From the NCBI GenBank assembly GCA_963710755.1, contig CAVQBK010000006.1, positions 128,001 through 192,000 of the forward strand: 64,000 nt of DNA, given 5' to 3'. Positions 38,358 to 48,155 of the stretch are shown one piece after another. The stretch is from an uncultured bacterium (lineage in GTDB: Bacteria; Oederibacteriota; JAAXVQ01; JAUVAV01). Within the stretch, counting starts at the first letter, position 1, and each line of letters begins with the position of its first letter. The position numbers and the translations under genes are program-made. Below the pieces are notes generated by a model. The model was not told the DNA's origin and searched no databases. It was given only the letters and a program-made list of their open reading frames with translations.

Positions 38358-41300
38358 TCACACAATCGCCTTGCCGTCTTCGTAGGCTTCCTCCGTGGCG
38401 GAAATGGTTTCACCGTCCCTCACTTCTTCTTCTGCCATGCGCTCCAGCACCAGCTTGTAATCAATAGGCATCACCTTCACGAAGAACGGCAACTGGGTCT
38501 GCCAATTATCGAGAATAAATTTGGCCCTTACACTGCCGGTATGGCGAAAATGACTTTCAATCAGCTGCTGCAATTCCTTGACATCCTTGGGCTCGACCAC
38601 GCTTTCCAGATCCACCATGTCCAAGTTGCATTTGGTATCAAAGAGCTCATTCTCATCATAGACATAGGCCACGCCGCCCGACATACCGGCCGCAAAGTTA
38701 ACGCCCGTTTGCCCCAAAATGACGGCCACACCGCCGGTCATATATTCGCAACCATGATCGCCCACGCCTTCCACCACAGCTTTGGCCCCGCTGTTGCGCA
38801 CGCAAAACCGCTCAGCCACCACGCCGTTGATGTAAATTTCACCTTCCGTGGCCCCGTAAAGCAGCACATTACCGGCGATCATATTCTCATGAGCTACGAT
38901 GTTGGCTTCCTGGGGCGGCTTGACGATAATTTTACCGCCCGACAATCCTTTGCCCAGGTAGTCATTGGCATCGCCGATCACCTTGATGGTAATCCCCTTG
39001 GCCAGAAAGGCGCCCAAACTCTGACCGGCCGAACCGGTAAAATTAATAGTGATGGTGTCCGCCGGAAGGCCTTCCTCGCCGTAGATTTTGGAAACTTCGT
39101 GACTGAGCATGGTGCCCACCGTGCGATTGATGTTTCTGATGGGCATATCAATCTCTATTTTTTTCTTGTCCTTCAACGCCGGCTGGGCTTGTTGAATTAA
39201 ATCGTTATCCAGTACTTTATCCAATTCATGATTCTGGCTGCCGGTGCAACGCAAGGTGTCGGACTGTATTTTGGTCAGAATATGGGAAAAGTCCAGCCCG
39301 TGCGCTTTCCAATGGTCCTGATCAGGCGCAAATTCCAGCATTTCCACATGGCCGATCATGTCATCCAGGGTTTTGAAACCCAACTCCGCCATGATCTCGC
39401 GCAGCTCCTGAGCCATAAATTTCAAGAAACGCTCCGGATACTCCGGCTTGCCCGAATAACGTTTCCTCAACTCTTCCCGTTGCGTGGCCACGCCCACCGG
39501 GCAATTATTGAGATGGCATTTGCGCATCATAATGCAGCCCAGGGTTACCAGGACGGTGGTGCCGAAACCATATTCATCCGCCCCCAGCAAGGCCGCAATG
39601 GCCAAATCCCGTCCGGTTTTCAGTTGGCCGTCGGTCTGCACCCGGATACGGTCGCGCAGACGATTGCTGATAAGGGAGTGCTGAGTCTCGGCCAGCCCCA
39701 ATTCCCAGGGCAGGCCTGCATGTTTAATAGACGTCATGGGCGATGCCCCGGTCCCACCGTCAAATCCGGAGATCAGCACGCTATCTGCTTTGGCTTTGGC
39801 CACACCCGAGGCAATGGTGCCTACGCCCACCTCGGATACCAATTTCACCGAAACCCTGGCTCGGGGATTGGCGTTTTTCAAGTCAAAAATCAGTTGGGCC
39901 AAGTCTTCGATGGAATAAATGTCATGATGCGGAGGCGGTGAAATCAGAGTAACGCCCGGTGTCGTATGGCGCACGCGGGCGATTTCTTTGCTGACTTTAT
40001 GTCCCGGTAACTGCCCGCCTTCACCTGGTTTGGCGCCCTGGGCCATTTTGATCTGCAGCTCATCGGCATTGGCCAGGTAGTTGGACGTGACCCCAAAACG
40101 TCCTGAAGCCACCTGCTTGGTGCGGGAACATTTGCTGTCGCCGTTGGCGAGAGGGCTAAAGCGAACCGGATCCTCCCCGCCTTCACCGGAATTGCTGCGG
40201 CCGCCAATACGATTGAGGGCAATGGCCAAATCTTCGTGAGCTTCCTTACTGATGGACCCATAGGACATGGCCGCGGTCACAAAACGCTTGGTAATAGCTT
40301 CCACCGGCTCCACGTCATCAATGGGAATGGGATGACCTTTTTTAAATTTCAGAAGACTGCGCAAGGTAACATGGGCTTTGGATTGGTCATCGATGATCCG
40401 GGTATAATCCTTGAAGCGCTCATAACTGTTTTGGCGCACAGACTCCTGCAAAGCAGATACCGACTCTGGCGTCCAAAGGTGTTTTTCTCCACTCAGACGA
40501 ACGTGATACTCACCACCTGCATCCAGCACCGGCGACAGTTCGATGTTCTCGGGATACGCTTGTTTAAACCGGGTAATGGTTTCCCGGGCCAGGTCCTGAA
40601 GATTCATGCCGCCGATACGGGAAGCCGTGTAGGTGAAATAGGTGTCGATTAATTCCGCACCCAGGCCAACGGCTTCGAATATTTGAGCCCCGAAGAAGCT
40701 GCGGATGGTGGAAATCCCCATGCGGCTGAAGGTTTTAAGCAAGCCTTTTTTTACGGCAATGATATAGGCGTCCATAGCTTCGGCTGCGGTTTTTTTCGTC
40801 TCCAAATAACCGGTCTCCGCCAGTTCCTTGACCGTGGAGAAAGCCACATAAGGACAAATGGCATTGACGCCAAACCCGATTAATTGGGCAAAATGAATGA
40901 CTTCCCGTGCTTCCCCGGTTTCAATCACAATTCCGGTTTGGGTGCGCAGACCCTGGCGGATAAGGTAGTGGTGCAACCCGGCGCCGGCCAGCAAGGCCGG
41001 AATAGGAGCGCGTTGTTCATTAAAGTTCTTGTCCGTGAGCACAATCACGGTGGCACCCTTGCGGATGGCTTCAGCAGCTTGTTGAAACAGATTATCCAAC
41101 GCTGTTTTTAAGCCCTCTCCTTCCCTGGCCACGTCAAAGAGCATGTCAAATTCCTTGACCACAATGTCCGGATGATGGCTGCAACGCAAACGCTGCAGAT
41201 CATCGGTGGTGAGGATGGGCTGGCTCAGCTTCAGCATAGAGGCATGTTCCGGGGTTTCGTCAAGCAAGTTGCGTTCCTTGCCAAGCATGCTCATTAAGGA

Positions 41301-42962
41301 CATGACCAGTTCCTCCCGCAAAGGATCAATGGGCGGATTGGTGACCTGGGCAAACAACTGATGGAAATAATCATACAACAAATGGGGACGATTGGAGAGC
41401 ACAGCCAGAGCTGCGTCCGTGCCCATCGAGCCCGTGGGCTCCTGGCCATTGGCCGCCATGGGCGACAGGATCATTTTCAAGTCTTCTTCCGTATACCCAA
41501 AAGCATGTTGCTGGCGGCGCAGCGTGTCGGGATCCACCTGTGGTGCCTCGGCCGGGGCAAAAAGTCCGCGCAGCGCGATCTGATGTTGTTTGACCCACTT
41601 GCGGTAGGGTTTCTGACGCACAATGTTGGCTTTGACCTCGCGGTCAGGAATAATACGATGCTGCTCCAAATCACATAAGAAGATCTTGCCCGGTTGCAGC
41701 CGGCCTTTAACTTTGACCTTTTCCGGGGCAATATCGAGGACACCGGTTTCCGAACCAGCTACCACCAGACCATCCGTGGTCACCAAATAACGGTTGGGGC
41801 GCAGGCCGTTACGGTCCAGCGTGCCGCCAATATACCGGCCGTCGGTAAATACCAAGCCCGCCGGACCATCCCAGGGCTCCATCATGGCGGCATGATATTC
41901 ATAGAAAGCACGTTTGTCGCGGCTCATAATATATTTATCTCCAAAAGCTTCGGGCACCATCATCATGATGGCATGGGGTAACGACCGGCCGGCAGCCACT
42001 AGCAGTTCCAGGCCGTTGTCTAGAATGGCCGAGTCGCTCTGGCCTTCAATGATAACAGGTTTTAATTTTTCCAGGTCCTCGCCCAACAAGGCCGAGGTCA
42101 TGACCGCTTCGCGGGCCCGCATACGGTTGATGTTGCCGCGCAAGGTATTGATTTCCCCATTGTGGGCCAGGTAACGAAAAGGTTGAGCCAAGCACCACTG
42201 GGGCAGCGTGTTGGTGCTGAAGCGCTGGTGCACCAGGCCAAAAGCCGTGGCAAACTCGGGATCATTGAGGTCCGGATAAAAGGTGGCCAACTGCGTGCCG
42301 GTCAGCATGCCTTTATAATTGACAGTCTTGCTGGAAAGGCTGACCGGATAGAATTGGCTGTAATCACCATCCGTAAATGACGCTACTTTTTTCTCAATCA
42401 GACGGCGTACGATATAAAGTTTAAGCTCAAATTTTTCCGGGCTGACACTGCCCGGGGCGAGGAAATACTGCATACTGGCGGGCATGGTGGACAAGCTGAA
42501 TTCACCCAACCCTTGACTATCCACCGGCACTGGCCGCGCTCCCAGCCAAGCCAGGCCTTCCTGAGTCACAATCTTCTGAAACGCTTTTTCACAGTTGGCG
42601 AAAAGCGCCTTGTCGGTGGGCATGAACATCATGGCCACGGCATAGCGGTGCAAAGCAGGCAACTCGAAGCCCAAGGCCTTGGCCTGTTTGCGCATAAAAG
42701 CATCAGGCATGCCCAACAGGACACCGGCTCCGTCACCGGTGGCATTGTCGCCGCCCAGCGCTCCCCGGTGTTCCAAGTTAATTAAAATTTTGACCGCATC
42801 CTGAACAATGCTGTGCCTGGGCATGCCATCCAGATGGGCCAAAAAGCCGATGCCGCAGCTGTCTTTGTCATAGGCAGGATCTGCTAATCCCTGGGCTTGC
42901 GGAAAGCCGGCGGCATTGAGGGTTTTAAAATTGGTAAATTGGGAAAACTCTTTTTTTGCCAT
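38358..42962 (-). CDS. gltB: Glutamate synthase large (alpha) subunit
   Basis: DSCGIGF N-terminal nucleophile Cys, HQRFSTNT, HNGEINT, QGAKPGEGGQLPG, CIMMRKCHLNNCPVG. Confidence 0.98.
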   Translation of the reverse strand: MAKKEFSQFTNFKTLNAAGFPQAQGLADPAYDKDSCGIGFLAHLDGMPRHSIVQDAVKILINLEHRGALGGDNATGDGAGVLLGMPDAFMRKQAKALGFELPALHRYAVAMMFMPTDKALFANCEKAFQKIVTQEGLAWLGARPVPVDSQGLGEFSLSTMPASMQYFLAPGSVSPEKFELKLYIVRRLIEKKVASFTDGDYSQFYPVSLSSKTVNYKGMLTGTQLATFYPDLNDPEFATAFGLVHQRFSTNTLPQWCLAQPFRYLAHNGEINTLRGNINRMRAREAVMTSALLGEDLEKLKPVIIEGQSDSAILDNGLELLVAAGRSLPHAIMMMVPEAFGDKYIMSRDKRAFYEYHAAMMEPWDGPAGLVFTDGRYIGGTLDRNGLRPNRYLVTTDGLVVAGSETGVLDIAPEKVKVKGRLQPGKIFLCDLEQHRIIPDREVKANIVRQKPYRKWVKQHQIALRGLFAPAEAPQVDPDTLRRQQHAFGYTEEDLKMILSPMAANGQEPTGSMGTDAALAVLSNRPHLLYDYFHQLFAQVTNPPIDPLREELVMSLMSMLGKERNLLDETPEHASMLKLSQPILTTDDLQRLRCSHHPDIVVKEFDMLFDVAREGEGLKTALDNLFQQAAEAIRKGATVIVLTDKNFNEQRAPIPALLAGAGLHHYLIRQGLRTQTGIVIETGEAREVIHFAQLIGFGVNAICPYVAFSTVKELAETGYLETKKTAAEAMDAYIIAVKKGLLKTFSRMGISTIRSFFGAQIFEAVGLGAELIDTYFTYTASRIGGMNLQDLARETITRFKQAYPENIELSPVLDAGGEYHVRLSGEKHLWTPESVSALQESVRQNSYERFKDYTRIIDDQSKAHVTLRSLLKFKKGHPIPIDDVEPVEAITKRFVTAAMSYGSISKEAHEDLAIALNRIGGRSNSGEGGEDPVRFSPLANGDSKCSRTKQVASGRFGVTSNYLANADELQIKMAQGAKPGEGGQLPGHKVSKEIARVRHTTPGVTLISPPPHHDIYSIEDLAQLIFDLKNANPRARVSVKLVSEVGVGTIASGVAKAKADSVLISGFDGGTGASPMTSIKHAGLPWELGLAETQHSLISNRLRDRIRVQTDGQLKTGRDLAIAALLGADEYGFGTTVLVTLGCIMMRKCHLNNCPVGVATQREELRKRYSGKPEYPERFLKFMAQELREIMAELGFKTLDDMIGHVEMLEFAPDQDHWKAHGLDFSHILTKIQSDTLRCTGSQNHELDKVLDNDLIQQAQPALKDKKKIEIDMPIRNINRTVGTMLSHEVSKIYGEEGLPADTITINFTGSAGQSLGAFLAKGITIKVIGDANDYLGKGLSGGKIIVKPPQEANIVAHENMIAGNVLLYGATEGEIYINGVVAERFCVRNSGAKAVVEGVGDHGCEYMTGGVAVILGQTGVNFAAGMSGGVAYVYDENELFDTKCNLDMVDLESVVEPKDVKELQQLIESHFRHTGSVRAKFILDNWQTQLPFFVKVMPIDYKLVLERMAEEEVRDGETISATEEAYEDGKAIV

Positions 42963-43111
42963 TATGCGTGCCTTTCTTCTGTATTTATTTCCAATAATCT
43001 AAACTAATTTTCACAGGACGTTTGGAAGGCTGGAAAGAAGATCCAAACAGTATTCAAGCTGATTATCCCGCACTTGTCTTATCTTGCCTTCCCGAACTCC
43101 CCGGCGTCCCG

Positions 43112-46100
43112 TCAAGCTTTCTGTTTCATCTGCTCATACCATTCCTGCAGGGGCTTGACCGTGAGCGGGATTTGGCGCCTCACACTGAGGCCGTTGACCG
43201 CCGCCTGGGCACCTTGCATGGTGGTGATGCAGGGAATGCCATGAGCCACGGCCAGCGTGCCGATGGGCCGTACATGTTCCCTGCTCAGCGGGCCGGAAGG
43301 TGTATTGATGATCAATTGGATTTTACCTTCCTTGATTAGATCAAGCACGCTTTTATCGCCCCGTCCGATCTTGCCTATTGGTTCCACGGGGATGCTGTTC
43401 GATTTCAACACCTTGCTCGTGCCTGGCGTGGCCACCAGGCCATAGCCCATTTGATGCAGTTCCCTGGCCAAAAACACCACGTCGCGCTTGTCATCGTCTT
43501 TAACACTGATGAACACATTGCCTTGCTGGGGCAGTTGCTGGCCGGCGGCCATTTGCGATTTGATAAAAGCCATGCCAAAACTGGCGTCCATGCCCATCAC
43601 TTCCCCGGTGGATTTCATTTCCGGGCCGAGATAAATGTCCACCCCGGCAAAGCGGGAAAATGGCAGCACCGATTCCTTGACACTGAAGTAATCAGGCACC
43701 GGACGGCCGACGATGCCCAGCTCATCCAAGGTCAACCCGGACATCACTTTGGAGGCGATCTTCGCCCAGGGAATGCCTTTGGCCTTGCTTACAAAGGGCA
43801 CGGTCCGCGAGGCCCGGGGGTTGACTTCAATCACATAAATGTTGCCCCGCCGCACGGCATATTGAATATTGATCAAGCCGCGCACGCCCAGGGCTTCAGC
43901 AATTTTGTGGGTATTGGCATCAATGCGCTCCACCAGCTGGTCGCTGAGGGTGTGCGGCGGCAGCACGCAAGCCGAATCGCCGGAATGAATGCCTGCTTCC
44001 TCAATATGTTCCATGATGCCGGCCACGACAGTACGCTTACCGTCACAGACCGCATCCACGTCCACCTCAATGGCATCTTCCAGAAAACGGTCTATAAGCA
44101 CGGGCTGGCCTTCAGCCGCCTCAAAAGCTTCTTCCACGAATTCCATTAGGGCTTTTTGATCATAAACAATGCGCATGGCCCGTCCGCCGAGAACAAAAGA
44201 AGGACGTACCAGCACAGGGTACCCGATGGAAGCCGCTTTTTCCACCACCTCGTCCACCGATCTGGCAATGGCATTCTCCGGCTGGGCCATGTCCAGCTCG
44301 GTCATGAGCTGGGCAAATTGGTCGCGGTCTTCCGCCCGTTCAATAGCCGCCACAGGCGTCCCCAGTATGGGGGCGCCGGCATCGGACAATCGACGCGCCA
44401 GGTTGAGCGGTGTCTGACCGCCAAACTGCACGATCACGCCGGCCGGTTTTTCCAGTTCAATAATGTTCATGATATCTTCAAAGGTCAAAGGTTCAAAATA
44501 AAGTTTGTCCGAGGTGTCATAGTCCGTGGAAACCGTTTCCGGATTGGAATTGACCATGATGGTTTCATAGCCCAACTCCTGGAGAGCAAAGGAGGCATGA
44601 CAGCAGCAGTAATCGAATTCAATTCCCTGGCCGATGCGGTTGGGCCCGGCCCCAAGAATCACGATTTTTTTCTTGTCCGTTGTCCCGTTCATTTCGTTTT
44701 CTTCTTCATAGGTAGAGTAACAATAGGGGGTGTAGGACTCAAACTCCGCGCCGCAGGTATCCACCAGTTTGTAAGTTGGTACCACGCCCAAGGCTTGGCG
44801 CCGCCGGCGCACCTCCAGCTCGGTGCACCCGATCCATTTGGCAATCTGGACATCGCTGAAGCCTTCCTGTTTAATCTCTTTGAGCCATTCCGAGGTAATG
44901 GTGTCCAGCTGATGCTTGGCTTCTTTTTCGTGCAGATCACGGTTCACAATCATTTTTAATTGATGCAGAAACCAGGGATCAATGCCCGTGGCCTGCTGCA
45001 CATCTTCCACACTGAGGCCCTGTTTAAAGCTTTCCCGAATAGTGAAGAGCCGCTCGGCATGCGGTTTGGCCAGCCTCTCCAGCAATACGTCCCGGGACAA
45101 GTTGGTGCCGATTTTTTCATAGTCTTCATAGCCAAAGCGTTTGATTTCCAAACCGCGCAGCCCCTTCTGTAAGGCTTCCCGGAAGGTGCGGCCAATAGCC
45201 ATGGTTTCGCCCACGGACTTCATGGACACGCCCAGTTTGGGATCAGCACCGGGAAATTTTTCAAAGGCAAAGCGGGGAATCTTAACCACCGTATAATCAA
45301 TGGTGGGTTCAAAACAGGCCATGGTTTTTTTGGTAATATCATTGGGAATTTCATCGAGCGTATAGCCCACGGCAAGCAGCGCCGCAATCTTGGCGATGGG
45401 AAAGCCCGTGGCCTTGCTGGCCAGGGCCGAAGAGCGCGACACGCGGGGATTCATTTCAATGACCACCAAACGCCCGTCTTTGGGATTAACCGCGAACTGA
45501 ATGTTGGAGCCGCCGGTTTCTACGCCGATAGCGCGGATAATGGCAATGGCTGCATTGCGCATGTGCTGGTATTCCACGTCGGTCAAGGTCTGGGCCGGCG
45601 CCACAGTAATGCTGTCGCCTGTATGCACACCCATGGGGTCAAGGTTCTCAATGGAGCAGATAATCACCACATTGTCGGCTTTGTCGCGCATGACCTCCAG
45701 TTCGAATTCCTTCCAACCGGTGACGGATTCCTCGATCAAAATTTCATGGATCAGGCTGTTCTCCAGGCCCAATGCTGCGATTTTCCTGAATTCTTCTTCA
45801 TCGTTGGCCACACCTCCACCGGTGCCTCCCAGGGTGAAGGCCGGACGGATGATGACCGGATAGCCGATCTCCTGGGCCACGTTTACGGCTTCTTCCAATT
45901 CCCGGCCCAGACCGCTTTTAGGTAAGTCCAGCCCCAAGCCTTGAATCACCTGCTTGAATTTATCCCGGTCTTCGCCGCGATGAATGGCTTCGATATTCAG
46001 GCCGATCATCTCTACTTTATATTTATCAAATACACCCCGCTTGGCTGTTTCCACAGCCGTATTCAAGCCGGTCTGACCGCCCAAAGTGGGCAGAACAGCG

Positions 46101-46351
46101 TCAGGCCGTTCTTTTTCTATGATGCGCTCCATGACTTCCGGCGTGATCGGCTCAATATAAGTACGGTCCGCCATCTCCGGGTCGGTCATGATGGTGGCGG
46201 GATTGGAATTCACCAGCACCACTTCGTAGCCTTCGGCTTTGAGGGCCTTGCAAGCCTGGGTGCCCGAATAATCAAATTCGCAAGCCTGGCCGATGACAAT
46301 GGGGCCCGATCCGATTATCATTATTTTTTTAATATCTGTGCGCTTGGGCAT
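43112..46351 (-). CDS. carB: Carbamoyl-phosphate synthase large subunit
   Basis: [29 protein letters not shown]; duplicated ATP-grasp domains; C-terminal MGS-like domain. Confidence 0.98.
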   Translation of the reverse strand: MPKRTDIKKIMIIGSGPIVIGQACEFDYSGTQACKALKAEGYEVVLVNSNPATIMTDPEMADRTYIEPITPEVMERIIEKERPDAVLPTLGGQTGLNTAVETAKRGVFDKYKVEMIGLNIEAIHRGEDRDKFKQVIQGLGLDLPKSGLGRELEEAVNVAQEIGYPVIIRPAFTLGGTGGGVANDEEEFRKIAALGLENSLIHEILIEESVTGWKEFELEVMRDKADNVVIICSIENLDPMGVHTGDSITVAPAQTLTDVEYQHMRNAAIAIIRAIGVETGGSNIQFAVNPKDGRLVVIEMNPRVSRSSALASKATGFPIAKIAALLAVGYTLDEIPNDITKKTMACFEPTIDYTVVKIPRFAFEKFPGADPKLGVSMKSVGETMAIGRTFREALQKGLRGLEIKRFGYEDYEKIGTNLSRDVLLERLAKPHAERLFTIRESFKQGLSVEDVQQATGIDPWFLHQLKMIVNRDLHEKEAKHQLDTITSEWLKEIKQEGFSDVQIAKWIGCTELEVRRRRQALGVVPTYKLVDTCGAEFESYTPYCYSTYEEENEMNGTTDKKKIVILGAGPNRIGQGIEFDYCCCHASFALQELGYETIMVNSNPETVSTDYDTSDKLYFEPLTFEDIMNIIELEKPAGVIVQFGGQTPLNLARRLSDAGAPILGTPVAAIERAEDRDQFAQLMTELDMAQPENAIARSVDEVVEKAASIGYPVLVRPSFVLGGRAMRIVYDQKALMEFVEEAFEAAEGQPVLIDRFLEDAIEVDVDAVCDGKRTVVAGIMEHIEEAGIHSGDSACVLPPHTLSDQLVERIDANTHKIAEALGVRGLINIQYAVRRGNIYVIEVNPRASRTVPFVSKAKGIPWAKIASKVMSGLTLDELGIVGRPVPDYFSVKESVLPFSRFAGVDIYLGPEMKSTGEVMGMDASFGMAFIKSQMAAGQQLPQQGNVFISVKDDDKRDVVFLARELHQMGYGLVATPGTSKVLKSNSIPVEPIGKIGRGDKSVLDLIKEGKIQLIINTPSGPLSREHVRPIGTLAVAHGIPCITTMQGAQAAVNGLSVRRQIPLTVKPLQEWYEQMKQKA

Positions 46352-46397
46352 ATGAACTCCATTCAGATTCTATGTCTCTAACGTCTATACTTTTTGA

Positions 46398-46425
46398 GCA
46401 GGGTGCAGGCATGCCCGTACCCGGC
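46398..46425. repeat. Degenerate REP-like palindrome
   Basis: GCAGGGTGCAGGCATGCCCGTACCCGGC, 28 bp with GGG...CATG...CCC symmetry, in the carA-carB spacer. Confidence 0.45.
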
Positions 46426-46467
46426 AATACCTCCGCAAAACAATCGCTTAATATCCGGTTCTGCGGC

Positions 46468-47556
46468 TTATTTTATTTTAGGATCTGCCATCAGCTTCAC
46501 AAAACGGTCGAAGAGCACGGCGGCATCATGCGGTCCGGGACAGGCTTCCGGATGATGTTGGACTGAGAAAATGGGGAGTTTTTTGTGGCGTAGTCCTTCT
46601 ACAGTGCGATCGTTCATGTTGATATGCGTCACCTCAACCTCTGGCGGCAAACTATCGGCTTCCACACAGAACCCGTGATTTTGCGAGGTAATGGCCACCC
46701 TGCCTGTGGCTTCTTCCCTGACCGGATGATTCACGCCGCGGTGGCCGAATTTCATTTTAACCGTCCGCCCGCCAAAGGCATGACCAAGCAATTGGTGGCC
46801 CAGGCAAATGCCGAAGATGGGCAGTTTGTCCAGCAGCGCCTGCACCGTATCTATCACATAGGTCACCGCTGCCGGATCTCCGGGACCATTGGTAAGCATC
46901 AACCCATCGGGACGAAGGGCCAAAATAGCCTCAGCCGGGGTTAAGGCCGGCACGACGGTCACCTTGCAACCGCGCTTGCTCAAGGCTCTCAGGATATTGG
47001 TTTTGACGCCGCAATCAATGACCACCACATGAAAACGGTCCTCCGGGGATTGCGAAAAAACGAAGGCTTCCTGGCAGGTCACCTGTTTGACCAGGTCAAG
47101 CCCGGCCATTTTGGGGGCAGCCTGGGCTTTTTTAAGCAGGCTGGAGAGATCCTGATCGATGGTTGAGAGTACGCCGTTCATGCTGCCGGCTTCCCGGATA
47201 TGACGTGTCAGCGCACGTGTGTCAATACCTTGCAGGCCAACGATATTATTTTTTTTCAACCACTCGTCCAGGGTGCCGGTGGCTCGAAAATTGGAAGACC
47301 ATTCACAAAGTTCGCGCACCACAAACCCAGCCACCTGAATTTTACCGGATTCCATATCTTCATGATTAATACCGTAATTGCCAATCAAAGGATAGGTCAT
47401 GTTCACGATCTGGCCACTATAGGAAGGATCTGTCAGCAACTCCTGATAACCGGCCATACCCGTATTAAAAACCACTTCCGCCGCCACTTCCCCTTGGGCA
47501 CCAAAGGCGCGGCCTTTAAAGGTTCTGCCATCTTCCAGTACTAAAAAGGCGTCCAC
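46468..47556 (-). CDS. carA: Carbamoyl-phosphate synthase small subunit
   Basis: EVVFNTGM.GYQE.LTDPSY, GICLGHQ catalytic Cys, QHHPEA.PGPHD; GTG start after AGGAG. Confidence 0.98.
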   Translation of the reverse strand: MDAFLVLEDGRTFKGRAFGAQGEVAAEVVFNTGMAGYQELLTDPSYSGQIVNMTYPLIGNYGINHEDMESGKIQVAGFVVRELCEWSSNFRATGTLDEWLKKNNIVGLQGIDTRALTRHIREAGSMNGVLSTIDQDLSSLLKKAQAAPKMAGLDLVKQVTCQEAFVFSQSPEDRFHVVVIDCGVKTNILRALSKRGCKVTVVPALTPAEAILALRPDGLMLTNGPGDPAAVTYVIDTVQALLDKLPIFGICLGHQLLGHAFGGRTVKMKFGHRGVNHPVREEATGRVAITSQNHGFCVEADSLPPEVEVTHINMNDRTVEGLRHKKLPIFSVQHHPEACPGPHDAAVLFDRFVKLMADPKIK

Positions 47557-47830
47557 AAAACACTCCTGTTAACAGTTAATATATAATTATGAAGAAAACC
47601 GGAAAAACGTCCCAGGGGGTGATATTTTTCACAAAATTCTTGATAATATAGCATAAAACCATTTTATTGCAATCATTATTTGCGCCTATTGCTCATCTTC
47701 CCCGGCGCGGGTTTTAGGAATTTTTAAGGGAAAGCGTGATTGACAAAGACCTTCCCCTTATAGTCTTTGTGGTAACCTGTTGGGATGGCCTTACCGGCAA
47801 AAGAGCCTATGCCAGAATGGGATTTTTTCA

Positions 47831-48006
47831 TCATACGGTGAAACAGGCGGTCTCACAATGTTGATTTTTATCTTTGAACGTCACCCCGGTGCAAACCAAG
47901 GTCCAGAAAAGCCTTTGAAATCAAGATCACCAGCTTCCGGCTTCCACCGGAAAGATGAACAAGATATTTGTTTTTGTATTGTAACACCGCTTGTTTCGCC
48001 GTATGA
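47831..48006 (+). ncRNA. Long irregular hairpin RNA, candidate 6S RNA
   Basis: 21-bp closing stem 47831-47851/47986-48006 whose only non-Watson-Crick pairs are G-U on the + strand; inner stems ACAATG/TATTGT, ATCTT/AAGAT, CGTC/GATG, CCGGTG/CACCGG; U-rich internal bubble; 176 nt. Confidence 0.5.
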
Positions 48007-48155
48007 CCACCATGGTCCCAAATCCGTGTTACCATACCGTCTTTTGAAGGAAAAAAGGCTGGTCAAGGCCAGAGACACGGGCAGCCGCAAGGGCGCCTAA
48101 CCATTTTCAGCAGACCTCATATCCTCAACATGGTGCCCTCGTCTGCTGAAAGCTT

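Noticed and set aside
38165-43112. Degenerate GGAAG.../...CTTCCC tracts in the spacers on both sides of gltB (about 38170-38295 and 43022-43110)
   Set aside because: Too degenerate to define boundaries or a repeat unit; probably decayed intergenic hairpins
47780-48100. ORFs 47780-48100 (+) and 47881-48090 (-)
   Set aside because: No recognisable protein features; the region is better explained by the long RNA hairpin
48105-48151. 11-bp inverted repeat TTTCAGCAGAC/GTCTGCTGAAA after the glnE stop
   Set aside because: The 25-nt loop and short U-tract make a poor terminator; it may be a MITE remnant but is a single copy with no transposase
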